From positions 192,001 to 256,000 of the forward strand of contig CBDUPA010000006.1 in assembly GCA_965368975.1 (NCBI GenBank): a stretch of 64,000 nucleotides of DNA, read 5' to 3'. The position numbers and the translations under genes are program-made. The notes under the pieces were generated by a model. The model saw only the letters and a program-made list of their open reading frames with translations. It did no database searches and was not told where the DNA came from. Source of the DNA: an uncultured bacterium. GTDB taxonomy: Bacteria > Acidobacteriota > Thermoanaerobaculia > Multivoradales > JAHZIX01. Shown here in pieces: positions 28,462-38,097 of the stretch (its first letter is position 1; each line of letters opens with the position of its first letter).

Positions 28462-29618
28462 CAGAACTTCCTTCGTGCACGCTCGGCGCGCCGTGTCTGC
28501 TGGCGTGCCAGGCGTTGCTGTCGAGTGCGCCAGCTGCTCCAGCCGAGCAGGCCGAGCAACGCCAGGAGCACGGCCGAGATGACGTAGAGGGTGCCGTCTT
28601 CCTGCTGGCCTGGCAGGCACTCGAGGCCGAGGGCGCGCGCCTGGGCGCAGATGTCGGGCTGGGTGGAGGTGGGGCCGGCTTCGGTGTCGGTATCGGTGTC
28701 ACGGGACGGCCGTGGGGTGGTCGGCGTCCGCGGATCGGTTGGGGTCGTGGATGGCAGACTGCCGCCGGGTTGCCAACCGTCGGCGAGCATTTCGTCCCAG
28801 GTCCAGGTGGTGATCGGTTCCTCGAGCTCGCCGGGCCAGACGGCGCGCACCAGCGGGACCAGGTAGCCGCCGTCGACGTTGCGCGTCCAGTCGGCGCCGC
28901 TGCTTCCGCTGCTGCCGCCGGCATCTTCGCGCGACAGCCAGACGCCGAAGACTTCCGGTGTCGGTGCGTCTGAAGTCGTGGTCGAGCCGGTGCCGCCGGC
29001 TGGGTAGCGTGCCAGGTGGACGGGGATGCCCAGGGTCTGTAGGGCCTGCACAGCAGTGAAGGCGGTGGACAGGGTGTCCGCGTGGACGGCGTCGGCGAGC
29101 ACTTCCCAGCCTTGCCACAGCCGGGAGTAGCGGCTCGGGGGGCCGGCGCGGTGGGCCGCGACGGGGCGCAGCGTGGCGACCAGGCACGTAGCGGTGAACA
29201 GAGGGTCGTCCTCGGCTAGCAAGCCGCGCTGGCGTAGCGCCGCGACGAGCACGCGCAAGTGCGGTTCGTTGGCCGCGGCGACCTGGGCCGGCGTCTGTTC
29301 ACGGCCAGCCTGATCGAGCCAGGCGTCCGGGCCGTGCACCACCATCAGGTAGGGATCCTGCTTGGGTGGCAGGGTGCGCACCCACTGCCGGTGCCAGCGG
29401 CCCTTCTGGTCGAAATTACGGTTCTGGACGACGCCCGGTAGCAAGTCGATGGTCAGGTCTTGGGCGAAGGCGGGGAAGGCGACGAAGAGCATCGCCATCA
29501 AATGGAGAAGGATCCCCTTCTGTGTAGGGGCGGCCCCATGTGGCCGCCCTGCGGCGCAGCCGCATCCGGATCCAGAGGGCGGCCACATGGGGCCGCCCCT
29601 ACAACGGAGGGCGGACAT
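28461..29618 (-). CDS. Membrane-anchored secreted protein, probably a degenerate transglutaminase-like paralog
   Basis: Signal peptide ending AFA-Q; EVLADAVHADTLSTAF..ALQTLG aligns by eye to the neighbour's catalytic segment; Pro/Thr linker; C-terminal TM plus Arg-rich tail. Confidence 0.6.
   Translation of the reverse strand: MSALRCRGGPMWPPSGSGCGCAAGRPHGAAPTQKGILLHLMAMLFVAFPAFAQDLTIDLLPGVVQNRNFDQKGRWHRQWVRTLPPKQDPYLMVVHGPDAWLDQAGREQTPAQVAAANEPHLRVLVAALRQRGLLAEDDPLFTATCLVATLRPVAAHRAGPPSRYSRLWQGWEVLADAVHADTLSTAFTAVQALQTLGIPVHLARYPAGGTGSTTTSDAPTPEVFGVWLSREDAGGSSGSSGADWTRNVDGGYLVPLVRAVWPGELEEPITTWTWDEMLADGWQPGGSLPSTTPTDPRTPTTPRPSRDTDTDTEAGPTSTQPDICAQARALGLECLPGQQEDGTLYVISAVLLALLGLLGWSSWRTRQQRLARQQTRRAERARRKF
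29523..29603. repeat. GTAG-family REP doublet (REPIN-like), 28-bp perfect inverted arms
   Basis: tgtaggggcggccccatgtggccgccct (29523-29550) and its exact reverse complement (29576-29603), separated by a 25-bp spacer. Confidence 0.85.
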
Positions 29619-29627
29619 CACCACCCT

Positions 29628-32600
29628 CTAACCCAGCGGCGGCGGTTCGTCGTCCAGCAGGGCGACGATTTCCGCGACCTCTTCGGCGTGGTGCCATTGG
29701 TCGCCGAAGCTGCGGGTCCACACCTTGTGCTCGCTTGCCGGTGCGGCCTGGATGCGCGCGGCGACGTCGGCGGCGCTCAACTTGCCGCGACGTTCGCCGT
29801 CGCAGGCGTAGTGGTACAGCGTACCGGCGGTCAGCGGTGGTGGCTCGTCCTCGGCGCGTAGCGGCGGGGGGGCGTCGCTGTCGGCCACCGGTTCCTGCTC
29901 GGCGCCCTGCTCGGCGTCCTGCTGCGCCGCGAAGGCGTCCCAGCGGATGGCCAGGCGCGGGAAACGGACCTCGGGGTTGCCCTGCGCATCGCGGCCGCGC
30001 GGCACGACGCCGGCGGTCTGCAGCTTGCCGATCTCGGTCTCGACGGCACCCTGCAGGGTCCATTCTTCCAGCCGGTGGGTGTCTGGCACCTTGGCGGTGG
30101 TGGCGACCAGTTGGCTGGTGTCGCGGTAGGTGGGTTCGGTCCAGCTGTGCAGATCCTCGAGCAGGGCTTTGACCGCCAGCGCTGCCTCGGGCCCCAGGCT
30201 GGCCTGGCTGGTGACCTGGCGCCGCCATTCGCCACGCAGGTGGTCGCACACCAGATTCTGCATCGAACCGACGGCGGTGCCTTCGTCGCGGCCCAGGCCA
30301 GGGGCGACTTGCACCGGGAAGATGCAGTAGTAGTAGTAATCCGCCAGGGCCACGAGGTGGGCCCAGCCGCCGCGTTCCGTCTGCAGCAGCCGCTTGAGCG
30401 CCGCCTCGACCTCGGTGCGCAGCTGCTGCACCAGCACCGTGTCGCTCATCAGGCGGTCGATCACGCGGCCTTCGGGGCCGAGGTCACGCCACTGCACTTC
30501 GAACGGGCCAACCCGTCGACGCCACTGGTAGACCATGCGCTGGTCGTCGTCGGGGCGCAGGCGCACGCTGCACACCAGGCCGAGCATCAGTGCCTGGATG
30601 AACAGGCGCCAGGCGACCTGGAAGGTGGGCAGCTGCTGCGTGCTGTAGGGCAGGATGGGCTGGAATTGGTGGTAGTCCTGGTGGATGTGCAGCGGTGTGT
30701 CGCGCGCCACCAGGGAGTCGTAGTGCTTGCGCAGCTCGGAGACCTCGCTCAGGTAGTAGACCGGGAAGGCGTTGAGTTCGCTGTAGAAGATCAGCTCGCA
30801 CGGCTCGTAGGCCTGCACACGGCGCGGCTCGAAGGGGGCGTCGGCATACTGCTGCAGGAAGTCGACCAGCTCCTGGACCACTTCTTCCTCGTGCGGCTGG
30901 CCGGTGGTGGTGCAGCCGATGAAGGCATCGCCGTGCGGTTGGTGCAGGTTGACCAACTCGTCGGCCTGGTTCTTGCTGCCCCAGGGCAGGCCCTTCTCGT
31001 ATAGCTGCTCGAACAGGTCGCGCCGCTTGGGACGATCGTAGTACTTGCCGAGCACGGCGCACAGTGAGTGCCGTTCGATGAAGCCGTCGACGGCGTCTTC
31101 CGGATCCTCGACGAAGGCGGCGGTGCGCCCCTTGTCGCCGCGCAGGGCGTAGAAGGCTTGCGCCGCCAGCTCGTCGCGGAAGTCTTCGAACTCGGCGTTC
31201 AACTTGTCGCCGATACGTTGCAGCGTGTCGAGGCCCATGCGCCGCAGCGCGCGGTCGAGCACCAGCTGCAGGCGTTCGATCTTGGTCTCTCGCGCGCGTC
31301 CGAGGTAGGGCTCGAGCAGGTCGCCCATCTCGCCCGGTACGTCGATCTCGACGATCACCGATGACTCTTGGGGCTGGGCGTAGAACTCGGCCAGCCGCTG
31401 GTACTCGGACTCGAGCAGGAACATGCGCTCGGCGATGCGTTCGAGGTTGCCGAGCTGGTCGCGCAGGACGTCGCGGATGCCGTCGACGGCGCGCTTGCCC
31501 TCGCCGCAGATCAGTTCGTTGGCCTCGGCGCGCCAGTAGTCGTAGAAGGCTTCCGAGGCGCGCTGCACGGCGGCCTCGTGGGTGTCGACCGCGGAACCGA
31601 AGCCGCGCGAGGCGCGGTCGGCGTTCTTCAACCGCTTGTGCCAGTTCTGCAGCTCGATGTCGGCGCGTCCGCGCAACTTTTCCTGCTGCTGCTTGAAGTA
31701 GTCGCCGTAGAAGGCCTGGTCGGCGGGACGGTCGAGCAACTCGAGCAGGTCGCGCAGGATGGCCATGACACCTGAGATGCCGACCGCCGGACGGCGGCGG
31801 AAGTCCTCGATCACCTTGGGCAGCGCCGTGTGCACCTCGTCGATCAGTTCCTTGCGATTCTGCCGGATGCGGCGCACCCAGTCGCCCTCACTGCCCGGGG
31901 AGTTGGGGTCGCCCCACAGGCTGGCGACGCGCTTGAAGACGTCCTCGCCCAGCTCGACGGTGGCCTTGTCGGTGTACATGTTCTCGGCCAGGCCGTTGAT
32001 CTCTTCCTGGAAGCGGCGCAAGTGCTGGTAGACGTCGCTGACGTGGCCGCCGGCACCGCTCTGGCGCGCCAGACGGTCGCGGATCTGCCAGTGACGGCGA
32101 CGACCGGCGTCGGTCTCGCGGTCGCCCTGGAAGAAGCCGGATTCGAAGCAGAAGCGGTCGCGGTGGTGGGTGATCACGTCCTTGAGACCGCCGACGCGGC
32201 CCGGGTCCATCAGCCCCACCATCAGCCCCGCCAGGTCGTACTTGCAGCGGTTGAGCAGACGCCAGGACGGGAACACCAGCTTGCTCAGGCCGACGGTGGC
32301 AAAGGCGTTGCGCCACTCGTCGGTGTGCGTTTCCTGGGTGCTGCCGTCGGAGCGCTGCAGGCGGTAGGTGTAGGTGACGGCGCTGCGCAGGTATTGCTCG
32401 CGGTTGACGCGCACGCCCTGCACCCAGCCGGCCATCGGCCCGGCGCCAAAGTCGAGGAAGAGGATCTCCCCCAGCGTGCGGTAGCAGTCGTTGAGGTCGC
32501 CCAGGTACTGGCCGGAGGCGTTGGTGCCCGAAATCAGCACGTAGCGGTCGTACAGGCCGCGGACCTCCTGCGCCACCTCGTTGGGTTGCCAGCGGGCGAG

Positions 32601-33398
32601 GAAGGGGTGTGTCAGGTAGTGGTTCAGCTCCAGCAACGCGGCGCAGCCGTTGGCCGCCAGCTTGGGGTAGCTCTGCCCCTGTTCGACGTTCTTGAAGCCG
32701 CCGGGCAAGACCAGGAAGCCTTCGATCTTGGGCTTGGACGTCGAGCCGAGGGTGCGCCGCACCAGTGCCGCGACGTCGAGCACCATGCCCGAGCCGGTAC
32801 CGCCGGCCAGGCCCGCGACGATCACCACGCGCACCGGCGACGAGGTGTCGAGGCGGCCGGAGTCCAGGCGGTTGGAGGTCACCTTGCGGTGGGCGCGGTC
32901 GAGGCCACTGGCGATCAACTCGTGGTTGGTGAAGAAGGCGAGGCGCGACAGCGGCCGGATCTGGCCGGCGCCGGCTTCGATCTGGAAATCCTCGCTCGGC
33001 AGAGCGCGCTCGTCCCACCACTCACGGATCTGCGGATGGTGGATGAGGTTGGGGCCGACGTAGTTCTTGAACTCGATCTTGACGTCGACGCGTTCGTCTT
33101 TGTCGAAACTGAGCGCGCGGTCCAGCGGGCTGCGCCGCTCTTCTTCGGCCGAGACTTCTTTGGAACGCACGTCGGTGTCGATGGACAAGAAGGCGGTGCC
33201 GTCGAGCGCATCGACCGCGCCGTAGCGCTCCAGCAGCATGCGCCGCAGGTGCAGCAGGGCCTTGGCACCGGTGCCGCCGAGGCCGACGAAGATGGTGCGC
33301 GGGTAGATGCCCTTGTCTCGCTTCCGGGCCTCTTCTTCGAGCTTGCGGGAGTAGTCGTCGTCAACGAATTCACCGACGACTTGATACGGATTGGCCAC
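29628..33398 (-). CDS. Tubulin/FtsZ-like (Tubulin_2-type) large protein with helical region and C-terminal GYF-like (DUF4339) domain
   Basis: AGGAGG RBS; IFVGLGGTG, FLSIDTD, GAGQIRPLSRLAF, AGLAGGTGSG, AANGCAALLEL; C-terminal YHY..DGERRG..S......VW..SFGDQW..AEEV.EI. Confidence 0.85.
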   Translation of the reverse strand: MANPYQVVGEFVDDDYSRKLEEEARKRDKGIYPRTIFVGLGGTGAKALLHLRRMLLERYGAVDALDGTAFLSIDTDVRSKEVSAEEERRSPLDRALSFDKDERVDVKIEFKNYVGPNLIHHPQIREWWDERALPSEDFQIEAGAGQIRPLSRLAFFTNHELIASGLDRAHRKVTSNRLDSGRLDTSSPVRVVIVAGLAGGTGSGMVLDVAALVRRTLGSTSKPKIEGFLVLPGGFKNVEQGQSYPKLAANGCAALLELNHYLTHPFLARWQPNEVAQEVRGLYDRYVLISGTNASGQYLGDLNDCYRTLGEILFLDFGAGPMAGWVQGVRVNREQYLRSAVTYTYRLQRSDGSTQETHTDEWRNAFATVGLSKLVFPSWRLLNRCKYDLAGLMVGLMDPGRVGGLKDVITHHRDRFCFESGFFQGDRETDAGRRRHWQIRDRLARQSGAGGHVSDVYQHLRRFQEEINGLAENMYTDKATVELGEDVFKRVASLWGDPNSPGSEGDWVRRIRQNRKELIDEVHTALPKVIEDFRRRPAVGISGVMAILRDLLELLDRPADQAFYGDYFKQQQEKLRGRADIELQNWHKRLKNADRASRGFGSAVDTHEAAVQRASEAFYDYWRAEANELICGEGKRAVDGIRDVLRDQLGNLERIAERMFLLESEYQRLAEFYAQPQESSVIVEIDVPGEMGDLLEPYLGRARETKIERLQLVLDRALRRMGLDTLQRIGDKLNAEFEDFRDELAAQAFYALRGDKGRTAAFVEDPEDAVDGFIERHSLCAVLGKYYDRPKRRDLFEQLYEKGLPWGSKNQADELVNLHQPHGDAFIGCTTTGQPHEEEVVQELVDFLQQYADAPFEPRRVQAYEPCELIFYSELNAFPVYYLSEVSELRKHYDSLVARDTPLHIHQDYHQFQPILPYSTQQLPTFQVAWRLFIQALMLGLVCSVRLRPDDDQRMVYQWRRRVGPFEVQWRDLGPEGRVIDRLMSDTVLVQQLRTEVEAALKRLLQTERGGWAHLVALADYYYYCIFPVQVAPGLGRDEGTAVGSMQNLVCDHLRGEWRRQVTSQASLGPEAALAVKALLEDLHSWTEPTYRDTSQLVATTAKVPDTHRLEEWTLQGAVETEIGKLQTAGVVPRGRDAQGNPEVRFPRLAIRWDAFAAQQDAEQGAEQEPVADSDAPPPLRAEDEPPPLTAGTLYHYACDGERRGKLSAADVAARIQAAPASEHKVWTRSFGDQWHHAEEVAEIVALLDDEPPPLG

Positions 33399-33426
33399 GG
33401 TGTGGACCTCCTTGTGCGTTCAGGCT

Positions 33427-34008
33427 TCAGCTATCCCGGACGATGGCCAGAGTGTAGATCAGATGGATCAGCCAGGCGCCGCCGAGTACCGCCAACCCTA
33501 CCCAATACGAAGAATGCCAGCAGTCGGTCAACCAATGGGCCAGGCCGGCGGTGCCGAGGGCGGTGAGCACGACGGTCAGCGAGATGCCGAGGTGGCGACC
33601 GAGCATCGAGTTGCGGTCCTGGGCGATGAAGCGGCGCTCGAACACGCGCACCAGCAGGAAGAAGAGGAGCACGAGCAGGGTCAGGAAACCGACGCCGATC
33701 ATCACCTTCTCCTGCGTCGACGGCGGGCAGCACTCGCCGGCCGGGCAGATGCTGCTGCCGATCAGCTCGGCCAGGGACTCTTCCTCACCGCTGCCGGGTG
33801 GGGTGATGTCTTCCGTGGTCACGTCTTCACTGGTCAAGTCTTCACTGGTGACCGTGGTCGGTGGTGGTGCCGGCTCCGGCCCGGTGGCGGGTTCCTGGGC
33901 CGAGAGGGGACTGATCGTCAGCAAGAGGCTGATCGTCAGCAAGAGGCTGGTCATCAGCAAGAGGGGGAGCAGGCCGGAGACGTGGGTTCGCGAGTGCGCT
34001 GAGATCAT
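33427..34008 (-). CDS. Small membrane protein (signal peptide, acidic Pro/Thr linker, Cys motif, 3 TM)
   Basis: AGGAAAGG RBS; ICPAGECCPP followed by three hydrophobic helices. Confidence 0.7.
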   Translation of the reverse strand: MISAHSRTHVSGLLPLLLMTSLLLTISLLLTISPLSAQEPATGPEPAPPPTTVTSEDLTSEDVTTEDITPPGSGEEESLAELIGSSICPAGECCPPSTQEKVMIGVGFLTLLVLLFFLLVRVFERRFIAQDRNSMLGRHLGISLTVVLTALGTAGLAHWLTDCWHSSYWVGLAVLGGAWLIHLIYTLAIVRDS

Positions 34009-34031
34009 GGGCTAACCTTTCCTAACATGGA

Positions 34032-36107
34032 TTACCAATCGCTGTTGCCGCGACCGCTGATGCCGCGACCCTTCCAGCCGCGGCGCACGTCGAGCCGGTA
34101 TTCGAAGCCGTCGCCATCGCCGTGACCGGTGGCCAGAATCCAGCTGCCGCCGTCCTTGCGCAGCCGGTGACCGGGACGGGCCTTGAACCGAGCGCGCGGC
34201 CCCCAGCCGCGGTGCAGACGGGCACGTACGGCGCCGTCGATGTCGAGGTCACGGCGGCTGAGGCGCGGCAAGCTGAGGCGTGCGTGCTCGACGCCGTCCA
34301 CCCATACGGTGTACTGCAAGCGCTGGAAACGCAAGACGGCGAGCAGCACCAGTAGCAATAGACTACCGCCGCCGAGCAGCACCAGCAGCCCGAACAGCTG
34401 GCCGTTGTTGGACAGCACCGCGGCGGCCGGATACTCGGCCCACAGGTACCCTTGCTGGCGACCGCGGAAGAGAGCCGGCAGCTGGGCAGTGCCGTAGATG
34501 CCCTGCAGCCGCGCAGGGTCGATCGCCAGGCTGGTGCGGATGTCGCGCATCTCGGCCACCATGCGGCCGTCGAGCAGGATCTGCGGCGTCAGGGCGACGT
34601 CCAGCAGGTGCTGGCGCCCGCCACCCTTGAGACTACTTGCGACGTCGATCGGCGGCAGGCGGAACAGCACCTCGACCGTCGCGCTGCCCAGTGGCGGCAG
34701 CGGGCCGACCTCGATTGGTGCATCGGCACCGCCGCGCGTAGTCGGGCGGCCTTCGCCCTTGACCAGCCACTGCAGTGGCTCCATCTGCCCGGCGCACACG
34801 GCCGACGCCCAGGGCAGGCGCTGGCGCTCGAACGGCTTGCGCGGCAGCATCACCTGGTTGTGCAGGCTCAGGTGTGCGCTGTCGACGCTCTGGTGGCGCA
34901 GCGTGTTGCGCACCCGGATCTCGGCCAGGCACAGCAGCGCGTCGCCGTACTCGGCGCTACGGTCACAGTTGAGCGCCTGGCCGCCGTGCAGCTGGAAGTC
35001 GAGACTCAGCACTTCGGTGTCGATCGGTTTGAGGCGTAGAGGCACACCGGCGACATCCGGCAAGGTCGCGCTCGGATCCGCGGTAGCGGCGTGCCCTGCG
35101 ACCTCGGCGGCGACGTCGCGCAGCGCAGCGTTCCACAACAAGCCGTCGGCGGTTGGGCCGCTTCCTCCCGTGTTGGCTCCTGCGGGCTCGGTACCGCCGA
35201 GGCGGTGGGAGGCGGCGCTGTCCGGCCGCTCGAAGGCTGAGACATACATGCCGTAGACGAACAGTGACGTGCCGCACATCCAGCTGCAGGTCTGCGCTTC
35301 GAGCACCGGATAGGTGGCGATCATCTGGATGCGCGGATCGACCTTGAGCGTGTTGTAGAAGGCGAGATTGCGCTGCGCGTCTTCGGCACTGACGCCCGCA
35401 CCGCCGGTGTCGACGATGTTATCGGTCACCAGCCAGACGATCGCCTCGCCGATCTCGTCCGTGGCCACCGCGGTCACCGTCTCGATCAGCGCCTGCCGGC
35501 TCTCCGTGGTCAAGTAAGCGGTGCCGTCGACCTGCCTCGGGTGTCCCGGGATCTGCGCCAGCCAGTCGGCGATTTGCGCCGCCGAGGCGGTGGAGACGGG
35601 GCGCTCGAAGGTCAGCTGCTCGGCGCCGGTGAAGCGCTCTACGCTGCCGTCGCCGCCCAGGCGCCAGGCGTGGGCGTTGAACAGCAGGATCTCGAGTTGG
35701 ATGTCCGTGCCGACCGGGCTGGCGGCGTCGAGCCAGCGGCCGAGCAGCTGGTGGAAACGTGGCAGCTGGTAGTAGAAGGTGCGCTCGGCACACACGGCGC
35801 AGCCGGCGTCCGGCTGGCGGTTGTAGCCGGGGTACATGCTGCCCGAGTAGTCGAGCATCAGGATCATCTTGGTGGGTGCTGGCGCGTCGCCCGCTGCCCG
35901 CCGCCGCCGCAGCACGCCGCCGGCGCTCGGATCCTCGACGGCACGGAAGCTCTGGCGGCGGATCGTACCGTCGGACAGCATGGCCTCGCTCTCGTCCGGG
36001 CACACGCGCACACTGGCCTCTGTGACGTGTACCGCAGCCGTGCTGAGCACGACCCAGGCCAACGCGATCCCAAAGCCGCGGAAGCCGCGGATGGTCTCAG
36101 AATTCAT
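34032..36107 (-). CDS. Membrane-anchored vWA-like domain protein
   Basis: GGAGG RBS before ATG 36107; signal peptide; MLDYSGSM MIDAS-like motif, WLVTDNI; C-terminal TM plus basic cytoplasmic tail. Confidence 0.7.
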   Translation of the reverse strand: MNSETIRGFRGFGIALAWVVLSTAAVHVTEASVRVCPDESEAMLSDGTIRRQSFRAVEDPSAGGVLRRRRAAGDAPAPTKMILMLDYSGSMYPGYNRQPDAGCAVCAERTFYYQLPRFHQLLGRWLDAASPVGTDIQLEILLFNAHAWRLGGDGSVERFTGAEQLTFERPVSTASAAQIADWLAQIPGHPRQVDGTAYLTTESRQALIETVTAVATDEIGEAIVWLVTDNIVDTGGAGVSAEDAQRNLAFYNTLKVDPRIQMIATYPVLEAQTCSWMCGTSLFVYGMYVSAFERPDSAASHRLGGTEPAGANTGGSGPTADGLLWNAALRDVAAEVAGHAATADPSATLPDVAGVPLRLKPIDTEVLSLDFQLHGGQALNCDRSAEYGDALLCLAEIRVRNTLRHQSVDSAHLSLHNQVMLPRKPFERQRLPWASAVCAGQMEPLQWLVKGEGRPTTRGGADAPIEVGPLPPLGSATVEVLFRLPPIDVASSLKGGGRQHLLDVALTPQILLDGRMVAEMRDIRTSLAIDPARLQGIYGTAQLPALFRGRQQGYLWAEYPAAAVLSNNGQLFGLLVLLGGGSLLLLVLLAVLRFQRLQYTVWVDGVEHARLSLPRLSRRDLDIDGAVRARLHRGWGPRARFKARPGHRLRKDGGSWILATGHGDGDGFEYRLDVRRGWKGRGISGRGNSDW

Positions 36108-38097
36108 CGTGCCTCCGGTCCGCCTGCCGCCGCCGCAAGGGGAGTAGTTCCAGCTGGTAGGAGGTGCCGAGCCCGTCGCGCTCGGTGCTCTCCCAGGCGT
36201 GGCCCCCGACGCTGCGCACCGTGAAGCCGGAAGCGCCGGTGACGCGCGGCCGGCCGCCGAGGCCCAGCTTGGCGCGGGCGATCGAGCGGCCGTCGGTCTG
36301 CAGGTCGCTCCAGCGCCAGCGTACCAGCCGCACGCGGCCGCGCTCACTGCCATCGATGTGCAGCTGGCGGTAGACCGGGCGCAGCCACCAGGTGATGGCG
36401 AGGAAGAGCAGCACGGCCAGCAGCAGGAGCAGCAGCAACAGCAGCGACGCCGTCTGCGTCGGGTTGTGGACGCCCATCTGCAGGCAGATGCTGGTCGCCA
36501 GCTCGTCCGTGCTCGGGTTGCGGAAGATCGCCGGCATCGCCTCGACGCCGTACACCGAGCCGAGCTGGGCGTCCTCGATCACCATGGCGGTTTCGAGGTC
36601 GTAGATGTCGACGTGCATGGCGCCGAACATGGCGAAGTACTCGTGCTGCGCGTTCTCCCAATAGTCGGCCAGCGTGTGACGCTCGGTGGTCACCGGGCCG
36701 ACGTCGAGGACGATCGGCAGCGTGCGTCGTTCGCCCGGTGCCAGCGGTTCCTCCAGCAGCTTTTCGGCACGTACACTGCCGGCGCACAGGGGCACCGCGG
36801 TGTGCAGGCGCCGGACCTGCTGGCCGGGTAGCTGGCCGTAGGCGTCGGTGCGGCTGTTGTGCAGGACCAGGCGCAGCGACTCGACGGTGCGGTGGGGCAG
36901 CAGGTTCTCGATCTCCAGGTCGGCCCGGCACTGGCGCGGCTGGCCGACGCGCGCCGGCGGGCAGCGCACCTCGCTGGCGAAGGCCAGGCGCACCACATCC
37001 ATGTACGCGGGCTTGAGCTTGAACGGCTCGCCGGGTGATGGAGACTGTGGATCGGCGAAGGTCTCGAAGATCGCTTGGTGGGCCGATGTGCCGAGGCGGG
37101 CGCCCGGATTCTGCGGCCCGGTGAGCTGCTGGTAGGTGCGTTCGTCGAGCCGCTCGCGACTCGAGTAGTAGAGGCCGTAGACCATCAACGTCTGGTCGCA
37201 TAGCCACGCGTCACCACCGGCCGGAGCCCGGTGCAGTGGCCAGGCGTAGACCACTTGCCAGCGTGGATCGGATTCGAGGATGCGGTAGAAGCGGCGGTTG
37301 AGTTCCGGCTCGCGGCCGTCGCCGGTCTCGATGATGTTGTCGGTCACCACCCAGGCGACGCCGTCGCGGGCCTCGTAGCTCTCGAACAGCACGCGCAGCG
37401 CTGGAAGTACGTGGTCGAGACGCGTTTCGCGCGCGTCGCCGAAGCCGGCGCGGAACGGATCTGCGGGCAAGGTGCCGTGCAACTCGGGTGCGGTCAGCCG
37501 CTTCAGCGCCGCTGCGGCGCCGCGCGGTGCGATCGGCAGGCCACCGTCGAAGGCATTGGTGGCTGGATCGAAGCTGTGAGGCCCGGAGGCGTCGTCCAGC
37601 GCGGTACCATCCAGCGCGATGACCTGGCGGTTGAACACCAACGTGTGGACCGGGTCGCGTTCGCCGACACCACTCAGCAGCCCGTCGCGCAGCAGGGAGG
37701 CAAAGCCTGGATGGCTCCACAAGTACTGGCGCTGGCCCGAGTCTCCCGCGTCTGTGCAGCGGCGGAACATGCTGCCCGAGTAGTCCAGCACCAGCGCGTG
37801 CAGCAGTGGTCGTCCGTCGCTGTCCGTGGTCTCAGGTCCCAAAGGCAGGGGCGCACCGTCGAGCAGACCCCCGGCCGTGCGGTCGGCGGCGTCGCGTTCC
37901 GGGACCAGTACGGCGGCCTGGTTGGCGCGGCATTCGCGCACCTTTTCGGCGCCGAAGACCGACTGCGGCGAGCAGGCGTCGCCAGCACCGCGCGGCTCGA
38001 ACTGTCCGCAGCCGGTGACGCTGAGCCCGAGGCACAGGGTGCCCAGCCCCAGGAATCCCAGCCTCAGGAGGCCGACTAGTCGCCGGTGGGCAATCAC
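36097..38097 (-). CDS. vWA-like domain lipoprotein with C-terminal TM (paralog of 34032..36107)
   Basis: GTG 38097 overlaps the upstream TGA; lipobox-like LSVTGC; VLDYSGSM, WVVTDNI; poly-Leu TM. Confidence 0.7.
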   Translation of the reverse strand: MIAHRRLVGLLRLGFLGLGTLCLGLSVTGCGQFEPRGAGDACSPQSVFGAEKVRECRANQAAVLVPERDAADRTAGGLLDGAPLPLGPETTDSDGRPLLHALVLDYSGSMFRRCTDAGDSGQRQYLWSHPGFASLLRDGLLSGVGERDPVHTLVFNRQVIALDGTALDDASGPHSFDPATNAFDGGLPIAPRGAAAALKRLTAPELHGTLPADPFRAGFGDARETRLDHVLPALRVLFESYEARDGVAWVVTDNIIETGDGREPELNRRFYRILESDPRWQVVYAWPLHRAPAGGDAWLCDQTLMVYGLYYSSRERLDERTYQQLTGPQNPGARLGTSAHQAIFETFADPQSPSPGEPFKLKPAYMDVVRLAFASEVRCPPARVGQPRQCRADLEIENLLPHRTVESLRLVLHNSRTDAYGQLPGQQVRRLHTAVPLCAGSVRAEKLLEEPLAPGERRTLPIVLDVGPVTTERHTLADYWENAQHEYFAMFGAMHVDIYDLETAMVIEDAQLGSVYGVEAMPAIFRNPSTDELATSICLQMGVHNPTQTASLLLLLLLLLAVLLFLAITWWLRPVYRQLHIDGSERGRVRLVRWRWSDLQTDGRSIARAKLGLGGRPRVTGASGFTVRSVGGHAWESTERDGLGTSYQLELLPLRRRQADRRHDEF

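Noticed and set aside
29628-33398. Canonical ftsZ
   Set aside because: Far too long, with a Tubulin_2-type motif set and no dcw cluster context.
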